From NCBI RefSeq assembly GCF_006345805.1, contig NC_043005.1, positions 71,362,001-71,426,000 of the forward strand: 64,000 nucleotides of DNA. Reading direction: 5' to 3'. Every line of letters begins with the position of its first letter. The first letter of the stretch is position 1. The translations under genes were made by a program, and so were the position numbers. Source of the DNA: Octopus sinensis. Taxonomy: Eukaryota. Below are positions 26,300 through 41,623 of this stretch, piece by piece. The notes under the pieces are model-generated. The model was not told where the DNA came from and made no database searches. It worked only from the letters and a program-made list of their open reading frames with translations.

Positions 26300-26337
26300 C
26301 AGTTGAAAAGGTCTCAAAATGACCGAAACCGGTACTG
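26300..26337 (+). ncRNA. Minimal type-I hammerhead ribozyme motif, U3:A8 variant
   Basis: CAG-UUGAAAA-GGUC-ucaaaau-GACC-GAAA-CCGG-UA-CUG; predicted GUA cleavage after 26334. Confidence 0.72.
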
Positions 26338-26516
26338 AAAGATTCACTATAAAATTATCTTAGCATTTTCTATTTTTGACTTGTTTTTTCATATATATCA
26401 ACTCGTGTGTTCCTTTCCACCCTTATACATATATATATATATATATATATACACATACATATACATATACGACAACATAGCCAAGGCTGTGTGAAGTTTT
26501 TAGGACATTTATAAAG

Positions 26517-26568
26517 CGAGTCTTACAGCTGTTTCTGGGATATTAGCGATATCCCTTCATCAGAGTCG
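26517..26568 (-). ncRNA. Type-I hammerhead ribozyme motif with canonical core
   Basis: Minus strand CGACU-CUGAUGA-A-GGGAUAU-cgcua-AUAUCCC-A-GAAA-CAGCUG-UA-AGACUCG. Confidence 0.7.
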
Positions 26569-27328
26569 ATGTGAGATGGTTAAATAGAGGGAAATATTAG
26601 AGTTCAATATAGGAGTTATTTTGGAAAAGGAAGCAAATAAGGAGTATATAGGGAACTAGGAGAATGAATGTAGACATAAAAATAAAAATGTATAAAGATG
26701 TTATAGTTGTAGTTCCGTTATCCAAGGAAAGTGGTGTATAGAAATGGTAGAAATGCTTCATGTCCTTGGTGTCATCACAAATGGAAGTGTGGGGACGTAG
26801 ATTCCATGTGTTGTTAATTCAAAGGGGTCTTGTAGTGTGAATGAAAATTTGAGAATGTAGTGATAGTATTAAGTGGATAGAGAAGGGAGAAGAGATGTGT
26901 ATTTTAAAATGAAGAGAGAGGTCAAAGGAAAATGTGAGAAAAGAAGGGGAGAAAGAAGAAGGGAAAATGAAAAGAAAAGAAAATGAAAAAAGGGTAAGGA
27001 AGTGAAAAAATAAATAAAAAATGAAGTGTTAGTTGGTGGTCAAGATATTAAGAGGAGGGATGAAAGAGAAGTAGGAGAGGGGTAGGAAGAGATAAGAATG
27101 TAAGTAATGAATATGTGTGTGGGGTGTGAGGTAGAGTGTTATGTTAGAATGGCATTAAGGGATTGGTACCTAAAAAGGTATAGGAGGCGGTGGGGTTTCT
27201 AAAGTGAGTAATAAACCACAAAATGGAAGGGGTGAATACTAAGAATGGTCAAGTTTCTATAAATAGACTTATATATTTATACAGACAGAATACAGACAGA
27301 CAGATAGATAGATAAATAGATAGATGGA

Positions 27329-27720
27329 TAGGCGTGGGAATGGCTGTGTGGTAAGTAGGTTGCTTACCAACCACATAGTTCCAGGTTCAGTCCCACTGTG
27401 TAGCACCTTGAGCAAGTGTATTCTATAGCCTTGGGCTGGCCAAAGCCTTGTGAGTGGATTTGTAGACAGAAACTGAAAGAAGACCGTTGTATATATGCAT
27501 ATATATATATGTGCGTGTGTGTATGTGTTTGTGTGTCTGTGTTTCCCCCCCCCCCAACGTTGCTGATGTGTTTATGTCCCCGTAACTTAGTGGTTCAGCA
27601 AAATAGACCGATAGAATAAGTACTGGGCTTACAAAGAATAAGTCCTGGGTTGATTTGCTCGACTAAAGGCGGTGCTCCAACATGGCCACAGTCAAATGAC
27701 TGAAACAAGTAAAAAGAGTA
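27329..27720 (+). mobile_element. SINE family A, full length
   Basis: tggctgtgtggtaag A-box-like, ggttcagtccc B-box-like, gactgaaacaagtaaaaagagta tail. Confidence 0.9.
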
Positions 27721-28352
27721 GAGATTGGTAGATATTTACACAATGGACTTCTATCATTTTTCATTCACTAAATTTTCTAACAAGTCTTTGGTTGGCCCAG
27801 GGCTATACAAAAAGAGATACTTTCCCAATACTTAAGAATTTAATTTAACCCAGAACGAAATAGCCAGTAATTTTGATCTATTGATTTGTGAAGCATGCAA
27901 GACAAAATTGTTTCTAGCAGCATTTGAACTCAGTTTGCAAAATAAGATAACTAGAATCCAGTGATTCCAACATCTTCAACTCCAATAGTAGTTCTACCAT
28001 GAAATGCATCTGGCTGTCTCTTTTAGAGAAACTGTTCAGATACGTGTGCTGTCTTCTCTGTGATACCATACATATGTTGCCTTTATTGTAACTATTGTCA
28101 AGTTGTCAAGTAAAGTTGGATTAATTTGTGTTCATGGTGATTTATTCACAGAAATATCCCCAAAATACAATAGGTATATGTCATGTTTGTTTAGTAGGTG
28201 TGTGTCTATATATGTGCATATTTGTATACGCATGCACATATATGTGCATGTGTATGTGTGTATACATATAGATATATACATACATATACATATATATATA
28301 TATATAGATATATATATATATATATTCATATAGAGGTTTATAAATATGTATA

Positions 28353-28772
28353 TAGGTGCAGGAATGGCTGTGTGGTAAGTAGCTTGCTTACCAACCACAT
28401 GGTTTCACGTTCAGTCCCACTGCATGGCACCTTGGGCAAGTGTCTTCTACTATAGCCTCGGGCTGACCAAAGCCTTGTGAGTGGATTTGGTAGACGGAAA
28501 CTGAAAGAAGCCCATCATATATATGTATATGTATGTATGTATATATATATGTGTGTGTGTGTGTATTTGTGTATCTGTGTTTGTCCTCCAGCATCGCTTG
28601 ACAACCGATGCTGGTGTGTTTACGTCCCCATAACTTAGCGGTTTGGCAAAAGAGACTGGTAGAATAAGTACTAGGCTTACAAAGAATAAGACCTGGGGTT
28701 GATTTCTTCGACTAAGAGCAGTGCTCCAGCATGGCCACAGGCAAATGACTGAAAGAAGTAAAAGAATAAAAG
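28353..28772 (+). mobile_element. SINE family A, full length
   Basis: Same head, body and tail as the copy at 27329. Confidence 0.9.
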
Positions 28773-28941
28773 AAAAGAAAGAAAAAATGAATATATACAC
28801 CCATACATATCAATACATACATATGTACATATATCATGCATATATATATATATAATTTTAAAAAAAATGGAGAAAACAGACAAGAAAATACAATGATGCA
28901 AGGACATGGTACATAAGAGGCTCAGAGAAGGAAAGAAAGGG

Positions 28942-28978
28942 TGTTTTATGTTTCAAGCAAAGCTCTTCTTCAGAAACA
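28942..28978 (-). ncRNA. Minimal type-I hammerhead motif in a PLE-type terminus
   Basis: Minus strand UGUUU-CUGAAGA-A-GAGC-uuu-GCUU-GAAA-CA-UA-AAACA. Confidence 0.65.
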
Positions 28979-29306
28979 GGAGACAGAGGAAAGTCCTAGA
29001 GAAAAGGAAGACGGAGGAAAAACAATTGCCAACAGTCCACATGTGGTTACATTTTGGAATGAATGGAAGTAGATGGACAAAAAGAAAGTACTTTCTGTGA
29101 CAGAAGAGTGTGAAGAAAGGTCGGCAACCATGTGTATGTGTGGGTGTGCGTGTGTGCATATAGTGGTAACACATATACATATATATATACATACATAAAT
29201 GTATGTGCGTGTGCATATGTGACAACTGTACTGCTAGTCATAGTATATTCGTAGAGTGCAAATGGAAGCAAACACGCCAACACACACACATGTATGTGTA
29301 TATATG

Positions 29307-29716
29307 CAGTGAAACCTTGGTTTACAAATTTAATTCATGCCTGAAGGCTCTTCGTCAAATGAAATGTACGTAAACTGAACCATTTTATTTATTTTACAGA
29401 GAAAATTCATGAGGGCATGGTAAATTCGTGCAGAGGTATGCAATGAGCTAGACAACAACTGACACCATTCGGCTGATATTCTCAGCTTTATGCCAACAGA
29501 GTTAACGGAAAAATACAAACATACACAGAAGTCTATCAATCAATGAATCTAGCTATCTATCTGATATTCTCAGCTTCACGCCAACCATTGCTGCCAGCTT
29601 GCATGTAAATTGCACAAAACACCCTTGCCACCCAAAATAATTTTTCATGTTCGAAAAGTTGGTTGTAAACCAAATTATTCGTGATCACAGACATTTGTAA
29701 ACTGAGGCACTATTGT
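29307..29716. mobile_element. Tigger/pogo-like MITE
   Basis: Left end cagtgaaaccttggtttacaaat; right end atttgtaaactgaggcactattg; TA context. Confidence 0.65.
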
Positions 29717-29849
29717 GTATATGTATGCATGCATGTATGTATAAATATATATACAGTGCAGCTATGACTGTGCGTTTAGGAATTTAAGAAGTTTGCTTCC
29801 CATCAATGAGGTTACAGTTCCAATGCATGGCACCTTGAGTGAGATTCTT

Positions 29850-31330
29850 TTACTCATGAGTGGATTCGATTGAGTTTCAGGATTTGAGACAATTGTATAG
29901 ATTCTTCGTGTGTTTTGGATGGCATGAGGAGAACAGTAAGTATTGTTAAGAATCTGTTTGTCTGTAGTGAATATCTGTTTCAATGTTTTTATCTCTTTTG
30001 ATGGTTAGTATTACAGGAATGGTAGTTGAGTTTTACTGTATTCCATGGAAAGGTTAATATTATTGTTTCTACTGTTGATAGATTTTTTAAATCTGTAATT
30101 TGCTCAAATGTGTGCGTTCATAGGATCAGGCAGTCATCTAAGTAACATTTCTAGTTTTCTAATAGATATTTGTGAAAGTTCAAGCCGTATATTAATTTAG
30201 ATTGATCATACATCTGGACCTCCATGTATGCCATGACTAGATTCGCGTAAGTTGGAGCAACTTTTGTCCTCATCGCAGTCCCAGGTATTTGTTTGTAAAC
30301 ATTGCCATGAAAGCCAAAAAAGGTTGTTTTCGAGGATAAACTTGAATCTATCAGTGATGAATCTCTTTTCAATTCTGTCTGGAAGTTCATGAAGGAATTT
30401 CTCAAGCCAGAAATTTGTTGCCTCAAGTTCTTATTAGTGTAGGATTGTGGTATAGAGGTCTACCACATCAAAAGATACAATAGTGGTATCATTGTTTATG
30501 GATTTTGGGAGGTGGTTTAACAGGTCCAGGTTATCCCTCACAAGACCTGGTATGTATTTTAAAACAGATTTCAGTATTATATCTAAAAAGTTTCTGAGTT
30601 TGTGTGTTTCACAGTTCAGGCCTGCTACAATTGGTTTAAATCTAAGGTCAGTGGGATATTGTATGTTTATGCAATTTGAAGTTGGTTCTTTACATGCATT
30701 CTTAATAGTTTGATTCTTATGGATTTGGGGGAGATCACAGAAGTAGCTAGTCTTGCAAAATGGTTTAGGTAGTCACATTCTTTGTTTGTTAAACCTTTTT
30801 GATGTCTGTGAATGAGTGTGTTCAGTTTAGTCATTGTCTTTGGGTGTTAGTAATTATTTACCTTTTCGTAGTGGTGGGGGGGTCATATCTTGTAATATAT
30901 ATAGTATATGTCTTTTGTAGTACTCACTATCCATAATAACTCTAGCACTTCCCTTATCTGCTTCCTCACTTATTATGTTATTGTTTTTTCATTTCATGTA
31001 TAACATCCCATTCCTTTCAAATTGTATCAGGCTTGATTTTAGGGCGTGGAAGTTCTTTGTAAGTGAAGGTAGATATAAAATCACAAAATTTATCTAAGGC
31101 TTTACCTGTCATAGGCTTGTAATTACTCTTGTTTCTTACAATTGATTCCTCCCTAATTTCTTTATCGTTCAATTCCTCTGTTAGATGTAGTTTTCTACAG
31201 AACTGTGAAATATTTTTCTGTATTTCATTGGAGTTAGGGTGCTGTGTTGTTGGGGTAAATTTTAGGCCTTTTGCTAAAATAACAATTTGTACTGAGAAAG
31301 TTTTTTGGATAAGTTAATTATCTTTGGTTT
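29850..31330 (-). mobile_element. Penelope-like element reverse transcriptase remnant
   Basis: ORF 30151-30426 FFGFHGNVYKQIPGTAMRTKVAPTYANLVMAYME matches the PLE RT motif YxQxxGxAMGxxxAPxYANxxM; downstream TRRIYTIVSNP. Confidence 0.88.
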
Positions 31331-31805
31331 CTCATCTTCATGGTTGACATATTCAGTCAACCATAGTAGCCTTAAATTATGGTGCCAAACATTGTCACTT
31401 GATACTAACACATGGACGTAGTGGGGAACCTAAAAAATTTTCTAAGACCAGTCATGTGACTCTCCTCAACCAATCAAAGCCTATTCAAAACATATTGAGA
31501 CATGAAATCTTTATAAAAATAGGGCAAACTTCAAACACTAGTCAGAAGCAAGTCAACTGTGACAAAATCCACGTCTTTCTATTTGAATATTTTGAAAATC
31601 AGTGTAAACTTTAAAACCAGTTAAAACTTTAAATAATTTAATTAAAAAATTATAATAATTCTAGGTATATTTTAAACTTTAATTTAATAAAAAAATTTTA
31701 ACTTTAATTTAATAAAAAAATTATAATAATTCTTGGTATATTTTCAATTTCTATTTTTTCTTATATTTCTACCTGTGCAGAATAAAATAACTTTGTTTTA
31801 TACAT

Positions 31806-31836
<31 letters not shown>

Positions 31837-31950
31837 AAGACTTTTTCTTCATCCATTCCCTTCCGGTCATTTCAATATGTGACTGCATGTGTATCGTTGG
31901 CGATTTTCTTTCTCCGTCTTCCCTTCCTTGGACCTTTGCTTTTTTCTATG

Positions 31951-31983
31951 TTTCTGACGAAGAGCTACACTTGAAACGTTAAA
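31951..31983 (+). ncRNA. Minimal type-I hammerhead motif in a PLE-type terminus
   Basis: UUU-CUGACGA-A-GAG-cuaca-CUU-GAAA-CG-UU-AAA; same family as 28942-28978. Confidence 0.6.
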
Positions 31984-32077
31984 TCCTCCTTCTTTCTTTC
32001 CTTTCCTGAGTGTCCAATACATTATACTTGTTCCACGTCCTCGCATTGTTGTGTTTTCTCTTTGTTCATGTTTGGAT

Positions 32078-32121
<44 letters not shown>

Positions 32122-32879
32122 TATATATATATTTATATTTATATATAATATATGTATGACATATTATATATTGTCACATATATATATATATATGACATAT
32201 TATATATTATCATATATATATATATGTAATTTGGACCCGACATTTGCAGCACTCTACTAAAAATAACAGGACACAATAAGAGTTTTTTAAATCTACAAAA
32301 GAAACAATTCAAACCCCAGACCATTATCAAACACCTGACATACTGAACAAACTTGATAAGAATCATGACTTTTAGTCATCAATAACAACAAGTACTCTAT
32401 ATTGATTATAAACCATTGAACACACATAAAATTATTTTTTCAAACTTTTTCAGCCATCAAATTTAATGAAGTTTCCGATCGATATATCTTTGTTGTCCTT
32501 GCTAATGTTGTTTAATTGTTCCTAAGGTACTATGGCTCTAATTTACTGCACTTCCTTACATGTTCATTTAAGTCCTTCAGTTCTTTTTTTACTTTAATCT
32601 TCTTTTTTTTTTTTTTTACTTGAGTGTGTATTTGTTTACTAATTTCTGGTTTGGAACATTTTTGATTTTTTTTGTTTTGAATTTTTTTACGGATTTCATG
32701 ATAAGGAAAATAAAAACTTAGTATTAAAAAGGAGAATTACAGAATGTATTTTTTGTGGTTTTTACTCCATTTAAATTGAATTTCTTACAGTTTAATGTGT
32801 CAATTTGGTTTGTTCCTAACAAACAAATATCAAATCTAAGTGAGTGGTACTGAGAATCATCACCTGGTACAAATGTGTG

Positions 32880-34930
<2,051 letters not shown>

Positions 34931-35640
34931 GTTGTGTTTTTGTGTGTATATGTATTTGTATATTAATGGCATAAAACAATTATATTGGAAGTGGAGCGGG
35001 GGAATGTATGAATTATTCAGTGTAATGCATAGATTGCCAAGATAGCTAGGCAATACACCCTTTAAAAGGATCCACGCAGTTCAGATCTTTATGACTTTTA
35101 GTAAAAAAAAACCATTTCCAAGCACATACATATATATATATATCATATAAAAAAATAGGCCCACCAAAAATTTCATTAGATATGAAGCAAATACCGGAAG
35201 ATAAAAACAGAAATAGTGCTGGCAAAAACAAAATGAAATGTATAAAATTGAAACAATGAATTAGGTCTAAAAATCCATTTTTTATATTTTATTTTACTCG
35301 GTTTTATTTCATTTTATTTTAGTGTTTTGTTCTTTTGGGTTTATTTATTTATATTTTTTAGTTTTATTTTTGCTTTGGTAAATTCATTTCAAGATTATAC
35401 ATGCAGTCTTTTCTTTCAATATCAAATGCTTGATAAATTTATATTGCACTTTTTCTTTCATGCTTGTTTGTTCAATTTTAATTTTCTATTATAATTTTTT
35501 TGTTTTGCCTCAGGATTGATAATGTCGGTGGTGGTGGTGGTGGTGGTGGTGTTGGCTGTGGTAGCATTGGTGATGGTGGTGGTGGCAGTTGTTGTTGAAT
35601 GAGACTTAAACTATTTTATTTCACGGTTGTCAAGCGATGT

Positions 35641-35704
35641 TGGGAGCCTCAAGCCGACCAAAGCCTTGTGAGTGGATTTGGTAGACAGAAAGAAGCCTGT
35701 CGTA

Positions 35705-35761
<57 letters not shown>

Positions 35762-35769
35762 TATATATG

Positions 35770-35804
<35 letters not shown>

Positions 35805-36012
35805 TTGTGTTTCTGTGTTAGTCCTCCCAACATCACTTGACAACCGATGCTGGTGTGTTTAGGTCCCCGTAACTTAGTGGTTTGGCAAAAGAGACCGATA
35901 GAATAAGTACTAGGCTTACAAAGAATAAGTCCTGGGGTCGATTTGCTCAACTAAAGGCAGTGCTCCAGCGTGGCCGCAGTCAAATGACTGAAACAAGTAA
36001 AAGAGTAAAAGA
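35641..36012 (+). mobile_element. SINE family A, 5'-truncated
   Basis: Body and tail match the other family A copies. Confidence 0.85.
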
Positions 36013-36616
36013 ATGTTAATTTCAAGCAAATTGGGTACCTTCTACATGGTCATTCCAGTTGCTATATATACCAGCCAAAAGCCCTCAACTCAAAGTGATC
36101 AAGCAAAGAAAAAAAAAAAACATGGTATGCTTAATGAAACATTGAATAAGATGAGATTGGTCACAAATAGACTGGTCTTGATCAAGGTTTTGCTCCACCA
36201 GGGTTAGCAAGGAATTAAACAACAATAAAAACAGTAACAGCAACATTGTGTATGCCATGCTAATTAGGAAATCACTATGTACTTGTTCAACCCGCTGGAA
36301 ATAACAGCTGAGTTTCACTCATGTGTACTGCTAAAAATACAAATGGTATATTTGACCAGAGATTTCCAAACTGTGTTTCAGGACTCTAGTTTGTTGATAA
36401 CCTCAGATGTGTTCCTAAAATAAGTAAGTCAAATCTAATTGCTTTTCTTTAAGGAGTATTTAACTGTGAAATTCATTTGATACACATACACACACATTCA
36501 CGCACACACATACATGCACACGTGCAAGCATGCATGCACACACGCATACATGCATGCATACACGCATATGTAAATACATGCAGACATACAAACATACATA
36601 TCATTTAAATATATAT

Positions 36617-36958
36617 AAGCCATTCGCCAGCCTCGTCTGGCACCTGTGTCGGTGGCACATAAAAAACACCATCCGAGCGTGGTCATCTGCCAGCCTTGTC
36701 TGGCACCTGTGTCGGTGGCACATAAAAACACCATCCGAGCATGGCCGTTCGCCAGCCTCGTCTGGCACCTGTGTCGGTGGCACATAAAATCACCCACTAC
36801 ACTCTCGGAGTGGTTGGCGTTAGGAAGGGCATCCAGCTGTAGAAACACTGCCAGATCTGACTGGCCTGGTGCAGCCTTCGGGCTCCCCAGACACCAGTTG
36901 AACCGTCCAACCCATGCTAGCATGGAAAGCGGACGTTAAATGATGATGATGATGATGA
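36617..36958 (+). mobile_element. SINE-like family B with three near-identical internal units of about 60 bp
   Basis: gtctggcacctgtgtcggtggcacataaaaa occurs three times, then core and (GAT)n tail. Confidence 0.88.
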
Positions 36959-38074
36959 AGCATGTCTAGATATGCAACCATATGCATGAGAATACATACA
37001 TAAACACACAAATCTGCACATTCATACATACATGCATGCATTCATACATACATTCATACATACATGCATACATTCATACATACATACATACATTCATACA
37101 TACATACATGCATACATACATATGTACATACATACATGCATACATATATACATACAAAAATACCCTGTTGTTGATGTTGAAATTCCAATGAGGGAACCTT
37201 GAATCTAGGTTAGAAACCGGTTCTTTCTCTATTGGCTAGAAATTATGCTTACATGCACACATACTGAGGTCGACTTTGCCTTTCATCCTTTCAGGGTCGA
37301 TAAATTAAGTACCAGTTGCATACTGGGTTCGGTCTAATCGACTGGCCTCCTCCCCCAAAATTTCGGGCCTTGTGCCTAGAATAGAAAAGAATGTATACGT
37401 GCTTGTATATAATTATTTCACGTACATAGTTATTTATATAGTAAATTTATCTGCTGAAATTGTTAGAAGTAGTGACATATATTTTTAAGAAGGTAAGTCC
37501 TATTACTTTTGGGAGTCAGAAAATTCCCCTTAATTTTAGAATATAGAATATGTGAAGTAATTGTATTGGTATGGGCTTTGCATTTACAATGAATATGAAC
37601 AATTAGCAACAGGTTATGGCATATAATGTGCAGGTTAGTTTTACAAGTGTCAAAAGTTGATTAATGAAGAAGTGATAATGAATGAAGATAATGTTACAAT
37701 TGATGAATTTCACAGAAGTAAAGTGTCTATATTAAGCATTAAAAGAAGTACTGAAGTACTTCAAGTAGAGGAATATGTTAAAATTGGACAATTATCTATC
37801 TTGTTTCGTGTTGATTCTCATTATGTGATAAGAGTTAGTGTGAAGTCAAAAGGACTTTGGCGTTACTTCGTGTCAAATGTATTAGTAAATATTTAGGCAA
37901 ATATGCAAACCTATATATGAGCATACAAACAAACATACATATCTACACACCATCCTTACACACATGCACAAATATAACACTTACATCTAGAGCCATATAT
38001 ATATATATGTATATATGTATGTATGTGTGTATGTGTATAAAGAAATATATAAATTTTACATACATATATGTATA

Positions 38075-38958
38075 TATGAGGTCTGATCAATAAGTATCTG
38101 GGCTGTTGCTATAGTAATGAAGCTAAAGCACACAGAGTGAAGCTACTTGGCAAAAATTGACCCTTGAACTCTGCTGTGCATATGCACCAAGTTTTAACGT
38201 TCTAGCTCACTTCCGTTGTTTACAGTAGTGCTTGGTAGGAAGGTGTGTAACGTGGGATCATTGCATTGACCATGACAGAGAAAGTAGTCATGGTGATACC
38301 TGCTCAGAGGCCTAAACAAAGTTGCAGAAAGTGTATGGAGAGGAATGTATGAGCCACACACAAGTGTACAAGCAGTTCTGATGCTTCCAGGATGGTTGAA
38401 AAAATTTCAATATTGACTAACGTTCTGGGAGACCCACAACCAGCAGAACTGAGAAAAACATCACAGATGTGCATGCAACTGTGATGGGAAATCATTGAAT
38501 CCCCATCTGTGAATTATTAGATGTGCAGGTTAGTTATGGTTCAGTTCAGTCCATTATCACTGAAGATTTGGGTATGAGATACGTGCCTGCCAAGTTTGTG
38601 CCAAAATTGCTTTCAGTTGACCAAGAAGACATTCGGGTTTCAGCGGCACAAGATCTCTTTTTTTTTATTATTGTGTTAAGAATGATGAAAACATTCTGAA
38701 AACTTTGAGCAGAACTCTTAGAAAGTATCACCAAGCTTTTGGCCAAATTTGATGCAGATTCTCTGTTCAGCTTTCTTGGTCATCTTCAATGCAGTGATCA
38801 CACTACACACACATTTCTTCCAAGCACTGCTGTAAGCAGTGGAAGTGAGCTAAAATGTTGAAACTTAATGCACCTGCACAAAAGAGTTCAAGGTCAATTT
38901 GTGTCAACTAGCTTTCTTACTATGGCAACAGTCCAGATACTTACTGATCAGACCACAC
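38075..38958 (+). mobile_element. Internally deleted mariner-type element with TIRs
   Basis: Left gaggtctgatcaataagtatctgggctgttgc, right gcaacagtccagatacttactgatcagacc; decayed transposase N-terminus (..AKFVPKLLS..). Confidence 0.85.
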
Positions 38959-39031
38959 ACACATATATGTCTGAGTTAGAGGTTAAGCAACCATCTAAGG
39001 GATAATAAATATCCAATATACTGCTGGATGT

Positions 39032-39062
<31 letters not shown>

Positions 39063-39258
39063 AATATATACGATCGTGGCCATGCCAGCCTCGCCTGGCC
39101 TCCGTGCCGGTGGCACGTAAAAAGCACCATCCGAGCGTGGCCGTTCGTCAGCCCCGTCTGGCACCTGTGTCGGTGGCACATAAAAAGCACCCACTACACT
39201 CACGGAGTGGTTGGCATTAGGAAGGACATCCAGCTGTAGAAACACTGCCAGATCTGAT

Positions 39259-39780
39259 GACTTCTGAGGAATGCCGTGTATTGGCGAGGACCAGTTGCTG
39301 CTGGATGAACGGATGATTCCGAGGTCAAGCATGTACTGGAATTCTCGCTTGATTGTCTTGAGACAATCTGGTTGTAACCTTTGGAGTCGGGCAGCAACAG
39401 GTGAACCATGGGTCTTAATGTGGTAGGTGACTTCATGTTTGATAGGCGAACTATGTAATACTGGTCAAGCGACGTTCAGGTATTCTTTAAGGATAGCACT
39501 GTGACGGGTTGTCATTGTTTGCAAAATGTTTGGGCTGACTGTGATCATATGAGTAGTTATACCACACACAGTGAGCTAAGTGGTGCTGTCAACAAGTCTT
39601 CTGTACTTGATGTCTACCAGGAGACATGATAGTTAGAAGTCATGATAGTTTGATGGACAGACGTACCACAGGAGTAATTTCTACTCATGTAGGTCGCTTC
39701 CTGTCCATTTGAACCTTAAATGACACGGCTCAGATCGTAGGTCGAAGAGTAATCTATCCATCACTTTTTGACAGAACAAA
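39259..39780 (-). mobile_element. Ty3/gypsy pol fragment (protease-RT junction), abutting a truncated family B copy at 39073-39258
   Basis: MLDLGIIRSSSSNWSSPIHGIPQK corresponds to the gypsy RT N-terminal MLxxGIIRPSSSPWSSP motif. Confidence 0.8.
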
Positions 39781-40354
39781 GAAATTTCTTTTGCGCCTGT
39801 TTGACCAGTGGTGGATCAGACAAGCGAGTATCCATAGATTCGGTTTCGAATCTCAGTTCGGAAAAAGGAAGTGTCAGTTTTTACATGTGTATTGTACATT
39901 GATTTTTCAATACATATTTCGGATATTTTTGAAACAAGTTGCCTTATTAAGACTTGATATTTCACATTTAGATCCTACGTGATTATTTTTGGTGCAAATC
40001 GACTTATTAACACTTTCACTTAACTGTTTTGTCAATGTCAACATAGTAACTAAGTAACCAGCTATTTACACACACACACACACACACACTTATATATACG
40101 TGATCACAGTTGTGACGATTTCAGCTAGGAAAAAGAATTTCTAAAGTTACTTTCATTTTTTATATTCTTTTCTGGCTTTTTATTTGTATAAGATATACAC
40201 CTATGTGAATGTGTGTGTGACAAAAAAAAATTTTCATACAGAGGTTTCATTTAATTAATCAATTGTAAATAGAACATAGCTACAAATTTCGCCCCCCCCC
40301 CCCCCGCTGACTTTGGACGATCATAACTTTCAGAAAAATGGATATTTTTTAATG

Positions 40355-41071
40355 AAATTATCTATGAATATGTGTTATATCATGTACATTCCAAATATAC
40401 AAATTTTTTGGCGGAAAGTGTTTTAGGAGGGGTGGGAGTGGAATTTCGGAAAATTCACCAAAGTCCACATCAATTCGCTTGACTTTCAGGAAAATGGATA
40501 TTTTTTAATGAAATTGTCTACAAATATACCTCGAGCTATTTAGATTCTGAGCATATATAAATATTGTGGGGGTGCAAAACAATTGAGGGTTAGAAATTAT
40601 CTATGAATATGTGTTATATCATGTACATTCCAAATATACAAATTTTTTGGCGGAAAGTGTTTTAGGAGGGGTGGGAGTGGAATTTCGGAAAATTCACCAA
40701 AGTCCACATCAATTCGCTTGACTTTCAGGAAAATGGATATTTTTTAATGAAATTGTCTACAAATATACCTCGAGCTATTTAGATTCTGAGCATATATAAA
40801 TATTGTGGGGGTGCAAAACAATTGAGGGTTAGAAATTATCTATGAATATGTGTTATATCATGTACATTCCAAATATACAAATTTGTTGGCGGAAAGTGTT
40901 TTAGAAGGGGTGGGAATGGAATTTCGGAAAATTCACCAAAGTCTACATCAATTCGCTTAACTTTCAGGAAAATGGATATTTTTTAATGAAATTGTCTACA
41001 AATATACCTTGAGCTATTTAGATTCTGAGCATATATAAATATTGTGGGGGTGCAAAACAATTGAGGGTTAA
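40355..41071. repeat. Tandem array, 3 x 239 bp
   Basis: tctatgaatatgtgttatatc starts at 40361, 40600 and 40839. Confidence 0.95.
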
Positions 41072-41623
41072 TCTTGAGAACTGTTCCCCACTGGGTGGTG
41101 TTTCGGAACAAGTCATCCAAATTTATTACATTTTCTCTGTTTTGTGCATTTGTGCATCTGTAGATTTCTACTGAAGCAACAGGCAATAAAGACAAATAAT
41201 GCCCTCACCAGAAAACTCGTGTTAAAAATAACAACTAAATGTTTGGTAACGGATATATTTTATTAAGACGACTTATCGGTTGCGTAGGATTTTTTTTTTC
41301 AATTTAAATAAATTCCCTGGTAAACAGTTCTAATAGAAAGGCAGAAGACACCAGAAGCAAAAATAAGGAATATACACGCACAGTTAAATATAGAAGTGTA
41401 AAGTATAATTTGTTACATAATCTCTATAATAAACATGATACTGAATGGAATAATTCCCTGTTTGAACTTTTATCATTATATACATATATGTATGTGTGTG
41501 TGAGGACACTGAGAATAAGCATGTCACCCCTTTTTTTTCTACGGAATCCGACCTTGTTTCCAACGGATATTCTGAATATGCAAAAAAAATCTACTTCTAG
41601 ATTATATAATACACCCCCTCTGT

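Larger units (their letters stand above)
25941..26392. repeat. Near-perfect inverted repeat, 222-bp arms, 8-nt spacer
   Basis: 25941-26162 versus 26171-26392, one mismatch seen; spacer attttctc. Confidence 0.95.

Noticed and set aside
36025-36124. Plus-strand exon ending at a GTATGC donor
   Set aside because: It requires translating a long poly-A run, and the acceptor directly abuts a SINE tail
40355-41071. Retrozyme-like tandem hammerhead array or CRISPR array
   Set aside because: No hammerhead core found on either strand, and the units are whole-length repeats without unique spacers
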